From contig NC_059433.1 of the NCBI RefSeq assembly GCF_021028975.2, positions 88,722,001-88,786,000 on the forward strand: DNA of 64,000 bases, in the 5' to 3' direction. Shown piece after piece: positions 1-12,100 of the stretch. The notes below the pieces were generated by a model. It was not told the DNA's origin. It saw nothing but the letters and a program-made list of their open reading frames with translations, and ran no database searches. Origin of the DNA: Sphaerodactylus townsendi (Eukaryota). The translations under genes and the position numbers were made by a program. Every line of letters starts with the position of its first letter. Positions within the stretch are counted from its first letter, which is position 1.

Positions 1-103
1 CACACTCCAATCAATGGTTCTTGAGCTTGATCAGTTGCTGTCACAGAGAGAGCAAACTCCTTCTGCTTTTCTCGATCAAACCTACGAGTTGTAGTGATAA
101 CCC
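1..103 (-). CDS. Cadherin exon 10, partial (GVITTTRRFDREKQKEFALSVTATDQAQEPLIGV...)
   Basis: tttag acceptor at 104-106; DRE and ATD motifs; truncated by the window edge. Confidence 0.9.
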
Positions 104-3100
104 CTAAACAGAAACAATATTATGTAAGGAAACAGCTGAACCATCTCTGATTTTTACCACACTTTTCACAAGCCAAACATATTGATCACCTCTTACCCCA
201 CACTATTCAGGTTTACTAAAAGCTTTTCCCTCACAGACTCATAGTTTCAAAAAAGGGCTTCTTTTCCTTTCACTCCTTAGTTTTGTTTCTTTTTATGTCT
301 TAATATCTTAGAAGCAGACAAAAACTGACTACATCAGACAAAAATGTGACGAAATATAGAAAACAGTTGACTTGAAATGAATTATGGTGAGTCTTCCATT
401 AGCTGGTGTACAAGAGTGACTAGGAATATGGCTGGTAATCTCTGAGGCCTTCACTTCAATCTTATCCCAGCCACAAATTCACTTAGAGGCCTCAGGCAAG
501 CCATTTTTTCTTGGACCCAGTCTCCCACCCCCAAGGTGGAGATAATAACCATTAATTTTTTCTGGTCCAGTACAACATGGCTACTCTAAGACCCAGACTG
601 CTGGACTAGATCAATCAAGAACGGTTATTTCTACCTGAATCAGAATCTATGCTGAAACCTGGTGAAACGCCATCCCTGTGCATGAGGCCATACTTCACCT
701 CCCCATTCAATCCCAGGTCGGCATCAAAGGCTTCCACCTGCAGGACATAGGTGCCTGGCGGCTGATTTTCCAACACCCAGGTGCTGTCACTGTAGTAAGC
801 ACACTGAAAGAGAAATAATTAGCTAATAACAGGGGATAGTCACAGAAATTACTTATCAACTGATGCATGTATCCATACTTTACAGTGTAAAATATCATGG
901 GACTTAGAAGGGTGTAACTCTGTTCAGGGGGAACTGCCAGACTTCAAATTAGTCACAATGCAAAGCAAGTAGAAGAGATCAGACTTCAAAGTAATAGAGT
1001 TTGGCATATAATTACTGTTTCCCTAAAGATCTTTTTGAGGTTGGCCAAAGCTATACAATTTTGATCTGAAGAGAAACCAGAGTATAACTATACAATTTCA
1101 TATTTCCAGTCGAGGAACACCATATTCCCTACCAACCGACCAAATCGTTACGAACAATTTTACTGCAAGTAAGAAAAGTTGTGGTCTGTCAGCTTACCTC
1201 TGTGAAAACAGGCTTGTTGTTGTTAATGTCATTAATTCCCACAACCACCTCTGCAAAGCTACTGAGAGACCTTGGACCCCCAGAAGAATTGTCATCTATA
1301 GCGGAGATATTCAACACATATTGTGGACCTTTCAGTTTAGGCAAGGGATTTCTGCGGAGTCTGAGGATCCCTGGATTCAGGATGGGAGGAAAAGTGAAAT
1401 TACTGACCACAAAAAGAAAAAGCCAAAATGCTGTATTGGAACATACAGAGATATAACCAGAAGATTGGCAGAAGTTTGATTCAATATTTTTATTTAGGTT
1501 GTAGGGAATTTAACAGATAGTAGCTTTGAGTAGCAGACTTTGCCCTAGCTCTCTGACCCTTTTGGTCTAATTTCTTTGTGGCATCAGAGAGAAAGTTACC
1601 CATAGTGGTGCCAGAATGTCAGCACATCATATCCCTCTTGTTATTCTAACAGGGCAATATATCTTTGAAGGGTTATCCAGTGTTTCTTGGAATATCCTGA
1701 CAGGTTTTCACTCCTTCTTCCCCTTTGGAAGGAGGTCTCTTGATGATTTCTGTTTGCCTGTTACATTTAATCAATATGTACCATTGGCTATGTGGCAATC
1801 ATGATGATGTCATCAATATTATAAGCATGCCAGCATTTCTTTATTCTGGGCCACTGCCAACCCAGGATTTCTTAGGACGCCCAAGGAGCAGACTTGGTTA
1901 ACCAAATACCTTTTTAAGAATAAAGTCTGACTCAGCATATTGCTGTTTGGCTAAGACTCCCTTCAAATTGGTACAAATTTCTTTGTCAGTGTAAGGCCGA
2001 CTGAAGTGTGTTACACTGCAGCCCTACAGTCAAAGCTCTGCTCACAACCTGAGTTCAGTCAGTTTCAGATAGCTGGCTCAAGGCTCCCTCAGCCTTTCAA
2101 CTTTCTGAGGTCGGTAAAATGAGAATCCAGCTTGCTGGGAGTAAAGTTCAGATGACTGGGGGAGGCCGTGACAAACTACCTGTAAACATGGGCTGCCTAG
2201 TAAACATCCAGATGTGATGTCACCCCATGGGTTAGGAATGACCAAGTGCTTGCAAAGGGGACCACCTTTACCTTTATTCCACAAAAGACACAATTCTTTT
2301 GCATGTGAAGGCAGGAACTGCAAATTAAGCAGAAATCACTGATACTTTGGCCATAATCACATGCAGACTGAAAAGCACAAGAAAACTGAGATATAATTAT
2401 AAATCTGCCCTTCGTGGCTAAAAACTGAATACAAGCTGTTCTCTTGTAGCCTGCACAGCCATAGGGAACTGATTAACTTATTATGATTAACACAGTAGTA
2501 GAGAAGAGGAGTCCATTTTCCTGGATGTGCGCTCTAGCACTAAGCCAGGAAGCTACAATCTGGGCAACCATACAAGTGAATTTTTAGGAAGCCTAGAAAC
2601 TATGATTTTGGGGAGTTTGAGACCAAAAAAGGTTTCCCTTTCAAAACAGTTACAAGGAAACAGAATTGCTATGAAGGTTGCTACTTGCTAGCTCATTAAT
2701 GCAGTGCATGAACAGCTCAAAGAACATGCCCATAAAACTACAAATCCCATGGTATGTAAAATCTGTACAAAGTGGCAAAATTTTCCTACACATACACCAA
2801 TGCATATACCAAGTAAAGTGGGCATGTGACAGATTAAAGGAAGAGGCCTACCTCTATGATTCTCCAATTCAAAATTGCCTTCTTCATTACCCCCACTAAT
2901 TATGTACAACACTCCATCTCCGTCAGGATCCTTTGCATGGAGAGCAGCTACTAAAGTCCCAGGATCGGCATCTTCTGAGAGGAAAGTTCTGTAACTGATG
3001 CAGAAATCAGGAATTGCGTGGCATTTACTAGCACGGTTACCCCATGAATCAATGTTACGAAGGCTATTGTGGGTTTCTGGGCTAGCGAGACTCGAGATAC

Positions 3101-6100
3101 AGCAGTGGCCCATATTCTAAATATATTGGGTTGGGACCACAAGAGTCCTTCCACAGATGGAAGGATTTCCTCCAACAGAGTATTACTTTCTCACATCTCC
3201 ATTCCCATCCGCAGAAATGCTCACACAGATCCAAACCTCAGTATGCTTCAACCACTGCATTTAAATGACTTCCATTCCTCTGGCTCATAAAGTCATAGGA
3301 ATGTTCTGCATGAATCCAACTTCTTTTATGCACCTGCGCTGTCTCTCTTGTTTGTTGCTATCACACCTACTCCCAAGGAGCAGAGTTGCATGCATGACTC
3401 TCCATTGTTCATCCTACTGAAACAACAATCCTGTAAGATAGGTTAATATGAGAACGACTGGTCCAAAGTCACATAGCAGTTTGGATCCTAGTGCTCAAAT
3501 GTCATAATGGCTTACAGTATCTGAAGCCAGCCTAACAAAGAAAATATCTTTTTATATGTTTGTTGCTTTTTAAAAAATCACAACCAATTTGTGAAGTGCA
3601 GCTTGAAGAGGAGGAATTTGGATTTATACCCCACTTTCCTCTCCTGTAAGGAGACTCAAGGTGGCTTACAAGCTCCTTTCCTTTCCTCTCCCCACAACAG
3701 ACACCTTGTGAGGTAGGTGGGGCTGAAAGAGTTCCAAAGAACTGTGGCTAGCCCAGGGTCACCCAGCAGGAATGCAGGAGTACTGAAACACATCTAGTTC
3801 ACCAGATAAGCCTCTGCCATTCAGGTGGGGAAGTGGGGAATCAAACCCAGTTCTCCAGATTAGAATCCACCTGCTCTTAACCCAGAGGCTTACCGGGGGG
3901 AAACGGCACCTGGAGACATCTGTTCTTCAGGCGCGCGCCCCTGCTATGCCTGGGGTGAGGTCCAATCTGGCTCCCACCCCCTCCCCCTCCGAGCCAGCAG
4001 CCGGCAGCTCCTCTGTGGAGAACAGAAGCAACTGGAAGGCTCCATGCTGGGGCCTTTGCTTTTATAAACTTGAGGGTAGGCCCACACTCCCCAGAGGGGA
4101 GGACAGACGGGACTGCCGGCTCGGAGCCGGCAGCCTGGAGGGAGTGGGGCTTGGGGGAAGCCGGCAGCTGGGAGGGGGTGAGGCTGGGTGGTTCCTCTGG
4201 CTTCCTTGGCCCCGCCCATTTCAATGATGACATGGGCGGGGCCAAGGGTGCCAGAAAATGACAAGAAGACATCTTCCTGGTCACGTGGGGGGCTGATTTT
4301 GTGCCCCCACGTGACTAGCTCTGTGGCACCCTGTCCCTAGGCAAATACACCACAGTCTTAACCATTACACCACACTGGCTCTCAGCACTTGTACACCAGT
4401 ATGAGGGATGCAGGCTAATTCAGATGCAATACTTTAAGGCCAAGTCCCTATCAACCATTCTTTTGCTTCCAATGAGTACCATTAGTATGGTAAGGCTACT
4501 CAGCATATCTGCTACACAGGAGGACTATATGCTGTTGAACAAAGATCTGCACAAAAGAGGAAGCTCTGCTTACATAGCCTGGGAGAAGACCGGGGCTTCA
4601 TCATTCACATTTGCCATACGAATGCGCACCGAGGCAGTGCCTGTCCGAGGAGGATGCCCTTTGTCTACAGCAATGACCACAAATTCATACATGTGGTTTT
4701 CTCGTTCAAAGTTCAATCGCTGGCTGGAACTGACGGCACCCGTGGGCGTGACAGAAAAATCCTCATTTTGAACAAAATAGAGGACCTCCGAGTTGGAGCC
4801 AGAGTCGCAGTCAGTTGCAAGAACTACAGTCAGGAACATTTGAAAACAGAAATAATTGAGGACAGACTGGCTAGGCTGCACTATTAGATGCTCAAGGCTA
4901 GTCAACCCTCATTAAGTATAAGTGGCCTTAACATATAATCAACTGTCAAGACACACTTTTTTGCAGCAGGATTTGGAAGAGGGTTCATTGCATTCAATTC
5001 AAACTTACTGATTTCTCTCAAATAGGGGGTGGACATAAAACAGTTGAACAGTTAGCTGTTGTGGGTTTTCCGGGCTGTGTGGCCATGGTCTGGTGGATCT
5101 TGTTCCTAACATTTTGCCTGCATCTGTGGCTGGCATCTTCAGAGGTGTATCACAGAGGGAAGTCTGTTACACACTGTGTCCAGTGAGAAGGGAATGTTTT
5201 AGTGGGGTATGGGGAACCAATCAGTAAGTGTTTAAATGGAACTTGCTATGCAAATGTGTGGTTGATAGTATAGTATTGCAGGTGGGGTTTTTCAGTCCAG
5301 GGAGTGATTCACATTTAGCATTCCCTGCAGCAGCAGTATTGGTGAATGAAAATCCTGTGTTTGGGTGAAGTCCATTGTCCATGAAGTTAGCATACCCTTG
5401 ACCTTTGCTCCTGGTGTTCTTAAGTACTGATAGCCAAGCTTTATTAATTTTCAAAATATCTTCTTTCTTATTGAAGTTGTCTTGGTGTTTATGAATTTCA
5501 ATGGCCTACCTGTGCAGTCTGACATAGTAACCTTCTGAATTGTCCAGAAATTCAGTATTTTCAAATAAGATGTTTTGTCCAGTTTTGTTTAAGACATGTT
5601 CTGCAACTGCAGATTTTTTCAGGATGGTTAAGCCAACAGTGTCTTTCGTGCTCCTTAATGGAGGTCTGAATGCTGTATTTTGTGGTTCCCATGTAGACCT
5701 TTTCACAGCTGCAGGGTATAACAGTCTTTGTGTAACAGACTTCCCTCTGTGATACACCTCTGAAGATGCCATATTTCTGTCTCTTGAATGCTTACTCTCT
5801 GTCTACTGAATGCTTATTGCTTAAGATGCCCTGGGAATGTTTCCCTGTACCTGTCTGCCCTTATCTCTGCAGCTGCCGGGGGTGGGTGTGGGTGGGTGTG
5901 AAAGCTGCAGTGTTTTCATCCCCATTCTCACCGGCTGAGGAATGTGTGTACATGTGAGTGTGAAACAGTATCTTCCCGCTTCAGGGGAGCAAAGCGGGGT
6001 TATGGGCATGATGTATCTATGCTGGGGGATTTAATGCTTTGCCTGTTTTAATGTACTCAGTTCTGACAATATAAGTCAACAACTTTCCTATGCTTGCCAT

Positions 6101-9100
6101 CAATAAATGAGAATTCTCCTTTCAAAGTATTGATTCCTCCATTGATCAGGTCTGGGGTTGTGACAGTTTTACAATAGAATGTTTCCAAGGGTTACTTATG
6201 AAAATATGATTCATTATATGACTGACTGGTGCCACTATTATTTACAAGCTTACACTGTTCTGTGTATTTTTGAAATTACACTATCATATGTGCAATATGT
6301 TCTAGAGTCACCTTTATATGGCCTAAGGAACACTGTATTTGTGTACATGTCATGATACACCTATTTTTATTGTTACAACCTCTAGTACTGTTGTACTTAG
6401 TTTTGTCTTTATACAGATGTATCTTGTCCTTATCCACTAAACAAAACAGAGCAGGAGATGTTATATTCACCTTGCAATAAAGATGTGCCTACAGGGATTG
6501 ATTCAAGAATATTTTCTCGACTGTAAATAGACTGCTGAAATTCTGGAGAGCAGTCATTTTCGTCTGTGATGTGAACTATGACCTGCATGACATCGAGAGA
6601 GAGAAGGGAAAAACACACAACACAAAATACAAACAAGTAACAGAAAACGAAAAGACCATGATTGACTTCCAGTGCTTGAAAACATGTAGACTTATGCTAA
6701 GAAGAGAAAAGTAGTTTGTTTGAGAAGTGTAATCCATGGGTACCACATATGGTCTTCCATGCAAAGCAGCCTCTTGCTGCTGTCATCCCAGTCTTGGATG
6801 ACATGCCACATCTTCCTCTTTCGCCATCCTATCACTCTGTCACAGCCAAGAGCTCTCACGCTCACAGCCCAAGGGAGGATGGCAAAGGAGCATTCCCACT
6901 CTTCTTTAAACAGACTAGAGCAGGGGTCTGCAACCTGTGGCTCTCCAGATGTTCATGGACTACAATTTCCACCAGCCCCTGCCAGCATGGCCAAGTGGCA
7001 GAGCTGATGGGAACTGTAGTCCATGAACATCTGGAGAGCCGCAGGTTGTAGACCTCTGGACTAGAGTATAGGTATAAAACTCAGGCCCTCCAGATGTTCA
7101 TGGACTACAATTCCCAGCAGCACCTGCTAGCTTGGCCAATTGGCCCTGCTGGTATGGGCTGATGGGAATCGTAGTTTATGAACACCTGGAGGGCCTGAGT
7201 TTGACAACTATGGACTAGAGGATGCTCCTCCAGCTGCCAGATATTCTCTCCTTGTCAGAACTTGAGCCTGTATTAGGGCCAGAGTAGGAGACAGCCAACT
7301 CTGTCCAAGGAGAGCTTAACAACAATACTGTCCGACTTGCTCATTGATCTGAACAAAGGAGGACTTGTGTGTTCTTTGAAAGAGAATACTTTCTAATTCG
7401 TCCACCATCTTCACCTCCTTTGTCCCAATCTAACAGAACCTAGTTGTCCTTCCCCAGTCTGGGAACGGCAACATGGTCAAAGATGATCTGGTCTCTAGGC
7501 TCCAGCTAGGGGATGTTAGGAACATTTATCCCTTCATTCATGGGAAACTGTATATTTTATCCAAGTTATTAATTTGCACACAAGTCAAATAATGCTTCCT
7601 GGATCTGTTCTTGGCTGTGAAAACAGCATGGGATGAAAGCTGAAAGCCTGTTCCATGTCCGTCCATCCCCAACAATCCTGATCCAAATCAGGCCCTGATA
7701 TCATTTAGGGAATCAGTTCCCAGAAACTGAACTGGACTGATGGCAATGAGAGTTGAGACAGAGGAACCCAGAATCAACTCAGGAAAAAGGTCATTTCTAT
7801 CATTTGACCCATTGTCACTTAGCACAGAATGGATAATCTTCACTCTACCTCAGTTACACTGCTGAGAAAGCTCTCTGCTTCCACTGCTTTCACTAAAAAA
7901 TGGTAGAGGTGATGATTGTTCTCGTAGTCTACAGTATGAATGAGACTTAGCTCTCCAGTCTTTTGTTCCATGTTGAACAGACCACTGGGATTCATCAGCA
8001 AAGTATAAGAAAGAGGCTGACTCTGGAAAGAAACTGCCTCAACAACAGCCACTCTGTATAGGAGAGATTAAGTTACAAAAGTATTGATTATTTTGAGGTA
8101 GGAATAAAAGATAATGGATAAGAACCAGTTTGAATTTAGTATAATTTGTCTGTATAGATTTCATCCCACAACTCTTGCTTTAAATTTTTGAAATGAGATT
8201 TCACCCCACTCAATGGATAGATAAGGACCTTTCAGATGTAAAGTTATATCCATCAACTTTATTCAGCTGCCAGTAGAGCTCTCTGCCAGCATAATCAGAT
8301 TTTCACTGGCTTTAGAGGCTTCTGCTACTGGCAAATAACAGAGGAGAGCTCTGCCATTTGCTAAACAGAGCAGCTGGATAAACCCATTGTGATTTTGCAG
8401 GTACAAAGAGTGCTCATAAAACAAGAGAATATCAATGAAAACATAATAAATACGTAATAATTCCTGCTTATCCGTTCCCCTGTAGATCTTTACATGTTGT
8501 TCCAGATGAAAATTCTAGTCTCCTAGAACAGTTCCTTGTACAGAGGATGACAGTAGTCTAGATCTCCCAAGTTGAAAAGACACCGTCCTTTAGGAGGTTT
8601 TCTGGATTTTAAAAATCCCCTTGGGTTTCTTATCTACACAGCAGGTTTTTAAAAACAGAGCAAGACATTGGTTTATCCTCTCCCTCACACGCTTACATTT
8701 CACCTGCTGGGGTATTTTCTGGAACAAACACACTGTAGGATGTATTAGTGAACTGAGGAGGCCTGGTGCCAGACAAGATGGAGACAAACGCATAAGGGCT
8801 TTTGCTGCCATATTCATCAATGGCCAGAACAGTGACCACATACTCCTGATCAGGAGTTAAAGGCAAGCCCGTCGTCAAGATGACACCTGTGTCTGTATCA
8901 ACATCAAATCGTTCTTCACCACCTGTTGTGTAGAAAGATTAAAAGGAATTATGAAAGAGGCCATCGGATACTACATTTCCCAAATTCCTGCCATTTCTTC
9001 CAATTTTTTAGAGCATATTGTCCAGATCAGTTGTTCTCAACCTTCCTAGTGCCGCGACCCTTTAATACAGTTCCTCGTGTTGTGGTGACCCCCAACCCTA

Positions 9101-12100
9101 ACATTTATCCATTTTACAGATGGAGAACACTGATGCAGAGAGTCTTAGGCAACCCCTGGGGAAGGGTCGTTCGACCCCCAAAGGGGTCCTGACCCACAGG
9201 TTGAGAACCACTGGTCCAGATGCTTTTACTGGCACAGTCCTTATGAGAAGGAAACAGCTACCACCCTTTGTAACAGAACTGCAGAAGAGGGATTTATTAA
9301 ACACATACAGTTTTTGAAACATATTTATTGTCTATCCTGTTCTAACATAGTTTTCTCACATCCAAAGGGTTGCTCATATCAACATCTGTCTAGCATCAGC
9401 AATGGCACATCCCCAAATGTTTCCACATCAGACCCTGCATCTGGATTGAAAAGAACTTAACAATGGATTTTAAGGAGATGCAGCAGGGATGGGTTTAGCC
9501 AAGGCAATTTACAACGCAATCCCGAGAAGGTCTAAGCGAGAATCCTACTTGAAGCTATTAAATAGGCCTCACTTCCAGGAAAACGCTCTCCCGATTGTGC
9601 TGCTAATCTATGCTCCGTACTTCAAATTTCACTATCACTAGCTACCCTCGCAAAAGACTCATTAACATGTAATGTCTATATTAAAGAATGTAAGTATCTT
9701 CTCCTTAAACAAATTTTAATCTTTAAATGTAATTAATGAAGTTGATTTACATATGTCCATTTTAATTTGAACTGTTATGTTTTTGGAATCCTTTTACATA
9801 AGGGGTTTGATACCTGGCAGTGCAATAAGATGTGTCAAAGGATGAGACTTCTCAGGCGGAAAGCTACTCACCAGCAATCAGAGCATATGATATTTCAGCA
9901 CTGGAATTTTCAATGCCACTATAATGGGCCACGAGCTTGTAGACAAGAGTGCCTGCCCGAGCCTCGGGGTCGACACGTGCCAAATAGGGATATGGATACA
10001 TTTCCCAAGATATGGGTTCCTCTTCAACAGCAATAATCACCACACGGCACAAATACCAGTCAGTATCTGAAAGGATCACAGAAAAATGTAAGCTTTCTTT
10101 AAAGAAAAACAAAAAACCAGAAGCTTATGGATACAACGTTAGGGTTTTTAAAAATCAAGGATGAAATTCACAATTTATACTTTAAGGGTTTAACTAAATG
10201 TGACAGATTTATTTGAGAAAACAGAGCACTGAATCAGTAACAGAGCACCACAGCCAGTCACGGTAGACAGGACTTACACAAAAACCTTCAGATTGGGTAT
10301 AAGGCAGCTTCATATTACCACACAGAGATGAGATGGCTCACCGTTGTCCTTCTAAAACTTCCCTTCCCCTTAGGCACTTTCCCCTAAAAGCAAGTCTAAG
10401 TAGGAGAAAAATGGCACAGAGACAATTTCAGAGGAAAAATGAGGGAAGGGTGCTTACCAACTGCCTATTTTTAATCCCCCCCCCCTTTTACACTTGATCA
10501 GTACAACTCACAATTTAACATACAGGTCATGCTGCCTTCGGGTTTTTTAATTTTATATACAGCAAAAGAGACCAGATTAAACTATGCCAGTGATGGCGAA
10601 CCTTTTTGAGACCGAGTGTCCAAACTGCAACCCACTTGTTTATTGCAAAGTGCCAACATGGTAATTTAACCTGAATACTGAGGTTTTAGTTTAGAAAAAG
10701 CAGTTGGCTCCGAGGCGTGGGTTACTCAGGAGTAAGCTTGGTGGTAGTTGGTGGCTTTGGTTTGAAGCAACCGTGCAACTCTTCCAATGGGTGAATCATG
10801 ACCCTAGAAGGGTTTACTCAGAAGCAAGCCCCATTGCCAGCAACCGAGCTTACTCCCAGGTAAAGGATCACAATTTAGTTCTTTGCGTGAAAATCAGTGG
10901 GGTTTAACAGTGCTTAACAGGGTTACCTACACTGCTTCCCCAAAACTAGGTCTTAGGTTTAATGCTAATAATCGAGCCCAGTGGCCCAGGCCAGCCTAGA
11001 TGGGGGAGGGGGGGGCGAACTCTGTTTGCGCGTGGCTACTGAGAGGGCTCTGAGTGCCACCTCTAGCATCCGTGCCATAGGTTCGCCACCACTGAACTAT
11101 GCAATAATACACAAAGGGTAGCAATGAAAATTACAGAGGGGGGGGGGACTATGTGGTAAATAACACACAAAAAACCTTTCCATACCTAAAGGTAAAATAA
11201 ACCTATAAAATAAACCTATAAAATAAACCTATAAAAGCAAATTACATATATGTGCCTGTCATGAAAGAAGCGGGGGAAGAAAAGGAACTGTCCATAGTGA
11301 TGGAGAAACTATGAAATTGACCAGGCAGGGAGGGAACCACAGCAGCAGGTCTGTGGAGCAGAGACTTGATATTGGAGAGGTGAAGGTAACCAGATAACAT
11401 GATAAGTCCAAACTGGCTACAAAATGTGGGACTGAGGAGTAACTTTTTATAGCTGTGTGTTTAGGATGAAGAAGGGAAGGGTTGGCAGTGCTGGAATGTG
11501 GGCCTAAGAAATGTGCAATCTTTTGAAGAAGAGAAGGCTGAAAAGAAACCCTTTGACTATATTTTGGAGGACGGTTTTGCACTGAGAGTCTCTAAAGTGC
11601 TTCCCTGGGGACATCTGGAAGTCAGATATGTATGTACCTATGATCAGGTACTTCTCATTATTGGGGAAGGCCTGGGATCTTCTTGTCTAGTTGTTTAGAT
11701 AGGAAGGACATTTCTAGGATTGCCCATGGTTTATTGTTTTGGATCATTAGTTGACGTCCAATTATCTGGGAAGAGGCTCCAAGATCCTTGGTGGAAATGG
11801 CCCTGGAATCCTTCTTAGGGTGGTTTGCATGACTGACAGTAGAGCTGCCCTACATTCTGTTCTGCCTCTGCCATGACTCACTGCCTTTTGACAGCACTTT
11901 AATTTAGACTCCTTCTATGATTTCTAAGCCCCCACTGAGGTACACGCATACAAAATCAGGAACAAGCTGTAACAAAAATGGGGGTCAACCAGGGGCTGAG
12001 GGCCTTGCATATGGGGCAAAGAATGACAAAGTGTGGCAACACCATAACCAGCCTGTCTAATCCATAATGTGAAAATTGGCCCATAATAGGCCTTGAATTT

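Noticed and set aside
11257-11838. Possible solo LTR (TGTCA...TGACA, TATA-like word on minus strand)
   Set aside because: No TSD and no correctly placed poly(A) signal; cannot support.
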